A stretch of DNA of 64,000 nucleotides. It comes from Intoshia linei. Lineage: Eukaryota > Animalia > Orthonectida. Every line of letters begins with the position of its first letter. Position 1 is the first letter of the stretch. Of this stretch, positions 51,926 through 64,000 are shown piece by piece. The notes under the pieces are model-generated. The model worked only from the letters and a program-made list of their open reading frames with translations, ran no database searches and had not been told where the DNA came from. The position numbers were made by a program, and so were the translations under genes. The stretch is from assembly GCA_001642005.1 (NCBI GenBank), contig LWCA01000040.1:1-64000 (forward strand). Direction: 5' to 3'.

Positions 51926-54900
51926 ATGAACCAGGATTTTAATCAATTTATAAGGTACTAAACGTTTTTGAATTTGCATTATTTTTTAGTACTCCAATTG
52001 TGAATCCAAATATAAATACTATTGGCTCAGTCGATTCCAATAAAAAAAAAGAATTATCGCCTTCTGGAAAAGAAAAAATGGCTAGGTTTAAAATTTCAAT
52101 ATTTTTAATCATTTTAATTTTCATTCAAATTAACTTTTGCCGTGAGAATCACTATCTAAATTTTATTTTAACATTGTTGCAGTAAAAATATTCCTAGTAT
52201 TCTTTCAATATCCAGTATTTTCTCTACAATTCGCTAATCCATTATGTGAATTTCTCCATGGGGACACATTTATTTTGTTAACGGGACGAAGGCTAGTGTG
52301 TTGCAAACCTACCATGCTCGATCCCCATCTTACCGTAAATAAATAGAATATAAATAAGTTATTTGGCTAACCCTAGAACCTCTCAATGGGTCTGAACTTG
52401 ATATGACGTTTAAAAAATATACATTTTTTCAACTGATCAATGTACAAAAATGATGATAAATTACTCGAGGATACTGGGTACAGCAGGTTCGACTTTAAAC
52501 ATAGTGGTTTCATGTGTGTTTCTATGGTTACACTTAGCTAATTTTCCTACTGTGCCAAAAGTATGTAAAGTGTCAACATCGGCTAACTATAGAGAGAATA
52601 CTGTAGTATTTTTGATTTATTTATTATCATTATACTTATTCCACCAGGAGAAAATTTTATTCTATTTTATTGTAATTTGATATTATCGTTTTTCCCTTAT
52701 GTTTGATATTACAGAATTTTTATTTTTATTTTCGTCTTATTTTCTGTTGTAATTATACTCATTACAGGGGTTCCCACAATTTTTTCATAGGGGACGGAAA
52801 TAAATTATAAAATTTATTTCAGACCATTAAGGATAAGTTACTAAGCAACATTAAAAAATTGAATAAAAAACGTAATAAATTGACTTTTAATTAGAAAAAT
52901 GTTTACGGACTGGTCCGGGACCGGTATTTGGGAAACACTGCCCCATTATATAGTTTAAATTTTAGAGAAAGTCATTGCGAAATTGAGCGTCGTAGACGTA
53001 GTAAAATGGCTACTTATGTCAATGAACTTTGTGAAATGGTTCCTGCTTGTGCCAGTCTTTCCAGAAAACCAGACAAACTAACCATACTTAGACTTGCTGT
53101 TTCGCACATGAAAAATTTTTCAGGTTTAGTTCATTATTTTCATGCATCTTTTAAATTAATTCCAATCATAATCTATGTTTTACTATAATTAATAACTAAA
53201 AAATATAGGTGCTTCAAATATAAGAACTGATGGATCTTATAAACCGTCCTTTTTAACTGATGAAGAATTGAAACATCTTATTTTGGAGGTATGATTTTAA
53301 ATTTAATTTTATCTAACACTACAAAATATAGGCATCGAGTGGATTTTTGTTTTGTGTGGAATTGCCTCTCGGAAAGATAATTTATTGTTCAGACAATATT
53401 TACTATGTTCTTGGTGTTTATGAGGTAATTTTCTGATTACATTTTTGTGTATAGTACAGTATGCGCAACCTTTCCATCAATTCAGCCATCATTCCGCAAA
53501 GCTACTTTACTGATAGATACTACGGCATCACAAAATTTAATTTAAAATTGAGAAAGTTTAAATCCATTTGGATAAAAATATTTCCCTGACTTTGAAGTAA
53601 AATGATATATTGCATTATAATAGCATGGATTGCATACGGCCGCACATAAAACATCTAAGGAAGTAAGGCCACAGGTTGTGCACCCCTGGTATAGTGGTTC
53701 TCAAAGTTTGAACATAAGATTGAAATTTATAAAAAAATCTAATCGCAGACGTTTGTAAAATAATTAAAAATGTAAGATTCTAAATTACAACTTGTAATGC
53801 AATGTAAATTGTACAAGTAATATATAATCAATATTTTTTCGATGAAATGTATTGCCATTTTGTAATTTTTAAAAATTATGCATTTTTTTAGACCGACTGG
53901 ACAAATTCGTCAATTTTTGATCTTATACATTCTGAAGATGTTCACAAAGTCAAAACTGAACTTTCTACGTCGGATACAAATTTATCTAATAACAGAGTTT
54001 TAGATGTAAAAAGTAATTATATTTATAAAAATAATTGCATTCCAATTTAGCTGGAACCCTTAAAAAGGAACAAAATTCAAGTAAATTACTTTAAGTTAAA
54101 TAGTCTTTGCCTAACCCTATTTGAGTTATTTATGTTTTTATTTATTATTATTATTATTATTATATTATTTTTATTTTAGTTATGTAATCTCATTAAATTA
54201 ATGATTAATTTGTTTATTTTATAATGATATCATAATTTTATAATTAATTAATTATAAGTTATGATTTATTTATTAAGACATTCATTTATTATAATTTTAT
54301 TTTGAATTGATTTGTTTAGACTCACCCAAACAATGTGTAGGAAGTAGACGCTCATTTATTTGCCGTATGAAAAGAGGTGAAAAAATGGATCAAAGTGTAG
54401 AAAATGTACAAAATTTTTATGATAATGAAAAATACTCTATTGTTCATACCAGCGGTATTATTCGCAAATTACCAAGTTCACTGGTTGACTCAAACCAGAA
54501 AGATGAAAAAATTATTTGTTATATTGCTATTGGTCGTATTGAACCGGTATCATCACCAGTCGGTGCTAATATAAACAATAAATCTGAATTTATCACAAGG
54601 CACTCAGCTGAAAATATCATAACTATGGCTGATCCAAGGTTTTCATATTAGTATTTATTTACAATTTGGGTATATTTAACCCAACGGTTCCAAATGCACA
54701 GTACCCATGCGGACCATTATCACTACTTAGTAATTTAATGTTTAACTAAGTCTTAATTAATTTCTTAGTCTAAGAACGTAAAATGTGCTGTAGTGATAAT
54801 ATTTTGTAACTTTAAAATTTAATCTTTGAAATAAAACTTAATGTGAAATTAACGGTCCATGGAAAAACTTTTGGAACCCGATTTGCTCGAATTTGAAATT

Positions 54901-56179
54901 CTCATTTATCCGTTATATTTTAAAGATACTTTTTTACCATATTTTCAAGGGGTTTTAGAGAGATTTTTTTTGTAGTAAATTTTAAAGAGTTTTTTAAGAA
55001 AATAATTTAATGTTAATTTAATTCATTTAGTATTTCTTAAAAACAAAAAATTTGATTTAATGAATGATTCTACAATTTAAAAATAAAAAATTGTATTCAC
55101 ACGTTTGGGATCCATTACTTTTAAATATTCATTATAGTTAATAATAGCATTTTTATATAAAAATATTTCACTTATTTTGTAGATATTTTTGTAAGATTTT
55201 ATTTTTTGGTAGAATTAAAAAATCAGCCCTCTGCAGATCTAACTGATGTTTGTACGAAGTACAAAACAGATAAATTAGTATTTTGATGAACGAAATTTTT
55301 TAGTTTTATTTATTTTTTAGTTTTATTTATTTTTTACAGATGTGTTTCTATAACTGGCTACTCTGTTGAAGAATTGTTGTCACAAAACCTTGTAAATTTT
55401 GTATATGAACCAGAACAACCTATTGTTAGTCAAAAATTTTATGAAGGTATTTGAAAATTTAATTTAATCTAACTTTAATAATGTTGTTTATTAAATTAAA
55501 TTTTGTTATTTCTAGTATTGCTTGAACTTGGGAAACCCATCAAATTTTCTTATCATTTTTTAGCTAAAAATGGTACTTACTTGATGCTACATACAACGGC
55601 GTATGCATTTATGAATCCAGTCAGTAGAGAATTTCAATTTATTGTGGCACAACATTCTATTCTTCCAGTGTAAATTAACTTATTTATATGATGACATGTT
55701 TTTTAAGGTTTAACAACTGCAATTCCGTCATTGACAATCGAATTCGTTCAGTAGCAGTAAATAACAAATTTCATAGAGTACCCAGTGTGCCCTATCTAGG
55801 TAAATATTTATTTTTAATATAATGTCATGTATTTCAGACAAAACGTTTAATCAAGAAGTGTCATATTTGCCTCAAAAAGGACCCTACTCATATTTTTATG
55901 ATTCAAACGACAAGCAGGGTGTTTATGTAATTTTTCATTTCTTTTTCGTAAATATGTTGTATTAGTCAAGTGAATATTACCAAGGATATCCTATAAATTC
56001 TCAAACCACGGACTGCCCTTGCGACGATAAAAACGCCAACAAACATTGTGCATATTCCAGTAGTTATAGCCAAATGAATATGGACTCTACAAGTGGTGGT
56101 ATTTCTTTTAAAAAGTACGACAGAATTCCTGGTAAAATAACGTTATAATAATTTATATTTGTTTTTAGATAGTACATGA
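51926..56179 (+). CDS. ARNT: bHLH-PAS transcription factor ARNT/tango
   Basis: AR|[14 protein letters not shown]...ELCEMVPAC...[17 protein letters not shown]; [28 protein letters not shown] (PAS-A); [13 protein letters not shown]; EFITRHS...TMADPR|CVSITGY; [19 protein letters not shown] (PAS-B/PAC); stop TGA at 56177-56179. Confidence 0.95.
52765..52940. mobile_element. Short hAT-type MITE; family also at about 34132-34360, 57118-57296 and 61654-61810
   Basis: CAGGGGTTCCCACA...TTTGGGAAACACTG. The 57118-57296 copy has TSD CGATAAGG/CGATAAGA. Confidence 0.75.
53457..53688. mobile_element. hAT MITE in an ARNT intron
   Basis: CAGTATGCGCAACC...GGTTGTGCACCCCTG with TSD GTATAGTA/GTATAGTG. Confidence 0.75.
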
Positions 56180-56271
56180 TGTTACACGCTGTAGATTGTT
56201 TGTTTTTAATGTTTAAATAAAATGTATTGCAAATTGGTAGTTTATTAATATATTTACTCGCTTTATGTACA

Positions 56272-59200
56272 ATGTCTGCACGTAGACTGATAAACTTTAT
56301 ACAAGATTATTCTAAAGAAGAGGCACGGGTTATTGAAATGACTACTAGTGATCCAAATAAAAAAATGAGTGCTGGAGATATTGAAGAGGTGGTTAGAGTT
56401 TGCCGAAATGAAGAAGTTAGTATAGACATCATGATGATTATTGATAAGAGGCTAAAGGTATCTTTATTTACAGGAATAAGTTATAACTAATTTTATTTAA
56501 TACGTTAAGACTGTCGCATTTATATGTCATTTATAATTTTGTTTTGATGCTAATCTCACAAGAAACCGTAGATTTACTATATACAGATTGAGCGATATCT
56601 TCAAAATTTTCATTAATGTCTCAGTTTTCTATATAAGAGCTATTATCTAGCAAACAAATTATTTAAATGACCTACAGGAAAGGGTAGCAAATAATTATAA
56701 TTACAGATAAACTTAAATTGTTATCTGTACTATTTTACATAGAAGTAAATACTAAAACAAATTTACATTTAAAATTTTTGATATAAAATTTAATTTTTTT
56801 CATCGTTGGTAGTTTTAAATGCAAATGAATATTTTAGTTTCAGGTCAATGTCATAAAAATAAGCATTAGTTATAGCGATAATACTATTATAATTGAAGGT
56901 TTCAGACCAGATATAATTATAGTTACGCAATATATCTACATTACCAACTAAGTTTGGGAAATAAATTCGATAATTTTTATTAACATTTAAAACTTTATTA
57001 GATTATATTAATTGTGTATTATTTTTAGAAGATTAATAAATTATTAAATTCATTTAACGAAATTTAATGAATATACAAAAACTTCATAAATCTATGTAGG
57101 TTAATTATACGATAAGGCAGCGTTTCCCAAATGCTGGTTTGCCGAAATAATTTTAAAAAAAATAATTAATTACAAGTCAATTTATTACGTTTTTGATCAA
57201 ATTTTTTTAATGTTGCCTAGTAATATCGATTTTACGGCCTGCGATAATTTTATAATTTATTACCGGTGCGCCGTGAAAAAATTGTGGAAATCCCTGCGAT
57301 AAGACTAAGCATTATACCTTATGCATATGTATATGGAAATATTTATTTAACAATAAATTATTAGTAATAATAATAATTTTTAATAATAATAAAAATTTTT
57401 TAACATAGCATACGGTTAGGAAACATTTGGATATACTACACAGAGCATCTTTTGCGAATTTTCATTTTTTTAAGGAAATATTTTCAGTGGCCTCGAGATT
57501 GGTAAGTTCGGCTGTGCATATAGATAAACCATGCAAAATTTTTAATAAACATTATATTAACATGTAAATAACCTACCAGTAATGAATAATTTTAGAGCAA
57601 AGGAAAAAAATGGCTTAATGTAGTACGAGGATTGAAACTTTTGTATTATTTAATCTTACACGCAAATCCTCTTATCCATGATCACTATGCAAATAATCTA
57701 TACAAAATTCAAAATTTAATAAATTTTAACCACATGTATTCCAATGTAGACATTGGAAATCAGGTTAGAACCTGGGCTAGCAAGATAATTTTAATAATTA
57801 CTGATAAAAAAAGGGAAGAAAAGGAATATATCAAATCAAAACAATATATTCATGCAAATGTAAATAATTTTATACTATAAACTTATACACTTTGTACAAT
57901 AATTAAAATTTTTAGAATGAAATGAGGCATACCCAATCAAATCACCATAATTCACAGGTTGATATTAATTATAAAACTAAAAATAGAACCCAATCATTAA
58001 ATTCAAATTTGAACGAATCAACAATAAATCAAGTGACTCACATGTACAATAACAATAATTCAAAATATCCTCAAATTAATAAGGTATAAATATATCATTT
58101 TACGTTAATATTAGCAAACTATAATTCAGAGTGTAAAGAGAACAAGATCTATTGATACCAAATTTAATTCATATATTGAAAGTAATGGTGCTAAAAAACA
58201 ATCAGATAATTCCATTTATGACCTACCCTATGATTTAGATGTACAACAACGAAACATTCACAAAATTCCAAATAATGAAGAATCTATTTTTGATATTGAA
58301 GCACAACAGCTAAATATGCACACGGAAGCCTCCCAATTAATTCAAAGAATCGATGAGGTACTATACTTAACCTTAATTAGTGTCAATGTAATGAAATTTT
58401 AAACTTAATTGTTTCTACTTGGTTTATAAAATATCATTTTTTTAAACTTTAAAGTGTATGTTTATTTATACATAATTTTATATTATAACTATTAATAGTT
58501 ACACTGCTATGTACTCCATACCAACAGCAGCTAACTCTTCCTAGGGTTCAGCTATTTGTAAAAATACAATCTTGGGTTTTGGTTGTAAAAATCCTATTTT
58601 TTGAAGTTACCATTTATTATAATGTTTATGATTTATAAAATTTTAGGACATGTTTCATTTTTAAACATAGGGTAATTTTATGGTTTTGACCATGAAGGTG
58701 TGCGTTTATGAGATTGAGATTTACGAAAATGTTAATGATTTTAAAACGCTTCACAGAATGTATGTTTTATTACATTTTTGAGATAATTTTATTTTTAAAC
58801 AAAAGGGCAAATTGGGTTTTTGACATTGAAGGACTCAAATTAAAAAATAGATATAAACACGCCCTGAGAAACACTGTATTAGACATTGAGTATTTTGAAA
58901 TTTTGCGACTGTCAATTATTTAAATAAACGGAACATTCAATTTCATAAAGCTTAATAATTTTTTTAGGAGCAAAGATTTAATAATGGTAAAGTTTATTAA
59001 TATAAAATATAAAAAAAAATTATAAAACCTTAACAATCCAATTAGATTCTATGATAGAAGCACCAAAATTGGTCAGGAAAACAATATCGGAAAGTGATAA
59101 TTATGAAAAATTGCCCGAAATTTACGATGTGTATGAAGAAGACTATAACCAACGAAATGAACGTATCAATTCATTCCATGAAACACTACCTGAAATGGAA

Positions 59201-59698
59201 AATGAATATGTTAAAGATTATAAGGACGAGATAAGAAGTTATAGTTCAGTCAATGAAATTTTACCTGAAATAAACAATGTACATCAAGATTATATTGATA
59301 AAAGTGAAAATCAAAGTGACGATTTTTCTAGTGAAATAGAAAATGTATACTGTAAAAATGAAGAAATGAAAAATAAAAATAATGATTCATTAAATAAAAA
59401 ATTACCTAATGTAGACACTACTCGTGACGATGAAAATAACGATTCCGTAAATGAAGAATTACCAAAAATAGACAATGTACATGAATATGAACAAGAGTAT
59501 TATCAAGAAAGTGAAGATAATGAAAAAAATGAAAATAATCAACCCGATCCAACACTTTATTCAACTTTGGATGATAATATTGATGAAATAAAGAAATGTA
59601 AAAATTTTGAAAAACCTCCATCCAGTATAGAATCATCACGATATTCTATCGAGACTTTAGAATCAATGGAAAACGAATTATCAATCCTACCAAAATAG
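56272..59698 (+). CDS. Divergent ENTH-domain (epsin-family) protein with an acidic repetitive tail
   Basis: MSARRLINFIQDYSKEEARVIEMTTSDP...IMMIIDKRLK|SKGKKWLNVVRGLKLLYYLI...VDIGNQVRTWASKII aligns to the epsin ENTH (RRQMKNIVHNYSEAEIKVREATSNDP...[30 protein letters not shown]...DQGVNVREKAKQL). Exons at about 56272-56457, 57596-57859, 57917-58083, 58130-58357 and 59046-59698. Confidence 0.78.
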
Positions 59699-59799
59699 CC
59701 AAGTAATAAATCAAATCGTTCTTCAGATTCCAATTCTTATACTACTAAAGGCAATGATAAATATAAATATGCAAAATTTTACTAAAACTTGTCAGTACA

Positions 59800-62185
59800 T
59801 TAATCTGATAAATATTCAAATTTGTTTCTTATTTTAGAACCAGTTTTGCCAACCTTTTTCTTTTTCTTACTTTTTTGATTCTCGTTATTACATTTTTCAT
59901 CATCATTAATGACATTTTTAATTTTCGTGACATTATCAACCTTATCAGATTGATGAACAGTTTTAACCTCTTTATTCTAAAATATTATTTACAACAATTT
60001 GATAAGTGGTTTACCTTATTGGGTTTTTTTGGGTTTTCGATTGGTACAGTACTGTTCACCTTTGAATTATCGATATTACTCAAATCATACACTTCTATAA
60101 TGTCGCTAATGCCACTAGAAGTACCTTTTCTGTCTTTTGTAGGTTTTATTGATATTACAGAAGCTAATGGTACATTGCAACCGCATTTTCTTTTTTTTGA
60201 TCTAATTTCAAATAGATAATATTACGAAATAAAACCAATTAATTAAATTAAAAATTTCATTAAAATAATACCCCATAACCAAACCATCGCTGATATCACT
60301 ATCCCAGCAAACCAATAAACGGGATCTGTTTATATCTTTATCATCTATAATTCAATTTAAAAGTATCATATTGGCGTACCTGCATAAATTCCAACCACTG
60401 TACCAGATAACCCCAAAGGGACACGAAAATCTACCCAAATGCATATAACTCGATCAAGTATGCAAAATTGGTCATGTATTATATTTTCGTGTTGAGGTAT
60501 AATCTAAACCTTTAATGAGATGAGATAATTCGCCATTTTAAAGAAATTTAGATAAAATTCAATAATATAATTATAAATTCAATATTTTTTTCATAGTTTT
60601 TCAGCATCTTCCGATTATAATCGGACAATAATAATAATTAATAAATATAATAATTATTATTTATAAAAAATGTACGAGCTATACCCTTTACTACACAGTA
60701 GAATGAGACTATCTAGATCAGTGCTTCTCAAACTTTTTTGAGCATTCACCCCCTTTGACACATATTTTTGTTCTATTCACCCCCAATAAAAACATTATTA
60801 TGACATGTCATAATTGTATAAAATAACACAATTTAGAGTTATAAAATGTACTGAATTAATTAAAATTAGGTACACATGACGTCTTCACATGATCACATCA
60901 TTTTAAATTTTCATTGTTTGTTTCAAGAATCATAAATAATGCATGGTATTTTCAATATTTTCATGAGAGTAAACATGTTTAAATCTACGTTGTAGATTCT
61001 ACTATAATTCAGATATAAAAAAATATAGTAATTGATATTACCATAATTTATTTATTGATAAGAACATCAATTAGATGAGCAACTTTAAAAAAAAAATTTG
61101 ATTTCGAAATTTGGTCTTTTCTTTTGGAATCAGCTAGAGAGATTTCTATATAAAGTTTTAATAAAATTGGATTTTTCAAAAAAATATTGGTAAAAGGGGA
61201 TTATTTCCTTGAGGATTGGTAAAATTAGATTTTTAAAAAAAATATTGGTAAAAATGGATTTTTTCCTTAAGGGTTGGTAAAATTTTAGTTTTTTCACATA
61301 TTTGACTAAATTGAATAAAATATGTTAAAAATTTATCATTTACCCACAATCATCTAAAATTTTAGTATTCACCCTCTCATAAAACTATTCACCCCTTGGG
61401 GGTACACAGTCACCCCCATGAAGCACTGATCTAGATAATAGTAGTTGATAAAATTAAAAATTAATTACTAAAAACAATTCCGAAGGTAAAAATGATTGAG
61501 TATTTGATTTTTTTTTGGTCTAAAATAAACAAATACAACTTTAAATTTAATTAAAGATGGAGCTTTTCTACGAATTACGAAATTGGTAGAAAAATACAAT
61601 TTCAACAATTGACACATTAGTGCTTCCCACTATTTTACATTAATAGTCTAGACCAGGGTTTCCACATTTTTTCATCGCGGTCCAGTAATTTACTATAAAA
61701 TTTCCCGCGCCACTAAAATGAAATTAATACAATAATTTAAATTTAATAAATATTTTTACATAAAATATTTCAAAAAAAATTTCCGCTGACCGGTATTTGG
61801 GACCGCTAATCCAGACTATTTTATCAAAAAGAATTGTAATAATTTTTAAAAGCATTTTTAAATTTAAAAGTGATTTCAAAAATATGTAATTTCTATCACT
61901 AGCATTGTATTTTATTTAGTGGGGAAACAATAAACTACATGTACCTGTGTATAAATTTGTAATAAAAATTGGAAATACACTGGCATTATTTTTAGCAACA
62001 ATTCGCAATAGATTGTCAATTTGTTCGGTTGTTAAATTATCAGTAGTAAAAGAAACAGCACTAGGTGTATCTTTTGATTGCTTATGAAAGAAATCATTAA
62101 ACTGCGATTTTATTGAATCATCTTTAAATATATCTGCAATTTTGTAATTTTTTTTATTTAAAATGGTGATAAGTTTTGGAAACCT
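59800..62185 (-). CDS. XRN1: 3' exons of an XRN1-like 5'-3' exoribonuclease (winged-helix and SH3-like regions); gene continues upstream
   Basis: QFCILDRVICIWVDFRVPLGLSGTVVGIY...LLVCWDSDISDGL matches the XRN1 SH3-like motif (FCLFDRVVNVRENFSVPVGLRGTIIGI...EVLFDEEFPGGL). Upstream exon RFPKLITIL...ADIFKD at 62185-61945. No nuclease domain in the window. Confidence 0.7.
60719..61428. mobile_element. hAT MITE with an internal minisatellite of about 30 bp
   Basis: CAGTGCTTC...GAAGCACTG, perfect TSD ATCTAGAT, subterminal TTCACCCC repeats. Confidence 0.9.
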
Positions 62186-62789
62186 ATTAAAAATATAATC
62201 AAATAAATCATAAATTAGTACATATCACCGTCAGAATAGTGATATAATAATATCCTTTACTTATATAAAAATGAATGTTTGTGTGTTACCATTTAATTAA
62301 AAAGTTAATTTAATTTAATCCTAGAATTTAAAAACACAATTTCTAATATATTTTTCGATAGTGGTAGCATATGAGGTAAATATCACTTTATAATGAGTGA
62401 AAATTTAAATGGAATGATTTATTAAATTTGTGCAATTTTCCGTTGGGCAAGTATTATTATCATGTTCATTATAATTGAAGTTTTTCGATAAGAAAAGATA
62501 AAGCCAGGTGGGAACACCCATACACTTTTTTGTTAAGTGTTTCTCAAAAGGGGTCCACCGTTCAAGTAATGTATTATTTCAGGAATTAATTAATATTATG
62601 ATCCATTCTCTGTCATCTATTAAAAAAACGATAAATTTAAATTATATGCTACCATATTTATTTTTACATTGTTTATTAGTTTCATTGGTATACTTTCAGG
62701 ATATTACAAAATTATTATAGAAAATGTAATATTAAGGCTTTATTAAAAAATTATGACAAAAAAATAAACTATATTTTAAAATACATTCT

Positions 62790-64000
62790 CAAAAGGAATG
62801 CATCATAATTACGCCAATGTCGACTAAAAAAGTAATAACAGTACATGGTAATGTTCCGAAAATTAAAGTCTATCGAATGTGCGTACCAATAATGCGGTTA
62901 GAATTTAAAAACATGAGTTAATTATTAAAATATATAATTATTTGTGTTAAACCGCCCCAAGAAAAATGTAATATATTCTAAAAAAAATAAATACACAAAG
63001 ATTTAAGAAAATTTTGTGATTTTTGGTGTGCCAAATTATTATGCAAATGAATATGCAAACAATAATTTCATTGTTAATACGAATAAATAAATTTTTTTAA
63101 ATATTTCAAAAATATAACCCATTGTATTTTAAACCAAATTCAAGCAACAAAAATGTAATTAAAGTTTACATATTATCCCCTTTCCGGGATATTACAAGAT
63201 AAAGTCGTTTATCTATGGATTTCGTGATGTTTTCAATTGTTTTTGCATCGATTGTTTTGATTTCTGTCAAAATTGCATGCCATATATCGTTTTTTGATTG
63301 GTATTGTTTATTCCCACTGTATATCTTTCTTTTAATTATGGACCATAGATTTTCAATACAATTAAGATCGGGAGAATTTGGCGGCCAACACATTATTTTT
63401 GCTGAAAGATATTCTTTTGTATGACGGGATTCGTGACTTAAGGCATTATCATGCATAAAAGTGAAATTTTTAAGAAAGCTTTTTCCTCTTTTTTTTATCC
63501 ACGAACAATCATTTTTTTAAAAATGCGCAGTATGTTTCAGAATTAATTTTGACTCAATCATCTAACTTAAAACGTCTAATAATAGTGCCTTTCACAATGC
63601 CTGCCCAAATCATTATACTCCCGCCCCTTGATGGCACCTTAAACGGTTTAGTGGTGATCTATTATTCACTAACCAACCCTTACTCCACAAATCTGGCGCA
63701 TCTAAAAATATTCTGGTTTCATCGATTAAAATTACATTTGAAAAATTTATCTTCATGTAATTTTTACCCCAGAATAGTGATAATTCCTTGGTTTGGTGTC
63801 GTTTGATTAAACCTGGTTTACCTTTAGCATGCCTACTTTACCAACCGTTTTTAATATTCTGCATCTCGTAGTTTTGGGTATATCAGTTAATCCTGATGAT
63901 TTAAATATCTCCAGAGAAGTGTTAAGAGGGTTTCGAACAATTTCTAGTTTAATATGGGATATATCTTTAACAGATACTCCTTTAAATGATCCCTTTGTCT
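62790..64000 (-). mobile_element. Degenerate Tc1-superfamily transposon, TRT (DD37E)-like, truncated by the window edge
   Basis: LDAPDLWSKGWL, GGSIMIWAGI, FTFMHDNALSH and WPPNSPDLNCIENLWSIIKRKIY, with stops and frameshifts; TGCCAAATTATTATGCAA end motif near 63030. Left boundary approximate. Confidence 0.8.

Overview
Very AT-rich eukaryotic (animal) genomic DNA with many short GT-AG introns (about 35-60 bp) and longer introns filled with transposon debris. The compact layout and very divergent proteins suggest a fast-evolving, reduced bilaterian such as an orthonectid-like parasite (inference only). Spliced genes reconstructed by hand, left to right: a partial unknown secreted protein (-); a glutamine-synthetase-II-like gene with a rewired active site (-); VWA3A-like (+); a co-oriented minus-strand run of Homer-like, F-BAR/SH3, signal peptide-vWA-collagen-TM and DEG/ENaC genes separated by only 126-181 bp; ARNT/tango (+) followed 92 bp later by a divergent ENTH protein (+); and the 3' part of an XRN1-like gene (-). 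Mobile DNA includes a Tc3-like Tc1 element, a TRT-like Tc1 remnant, an internally deleted hAT, many hAT/pogo MITEs, an abundant non-autonomous Helitron family with a tandem array, solo LTRs (two carrying a tRNA-like module), and a 5'-truncated Gypsy element whose integrase ends in a PHD finger and is followed by a CCHC-knuckle ORF. Exon boundaries were read by eye and homology calls rest on remembered motifs, not searches.
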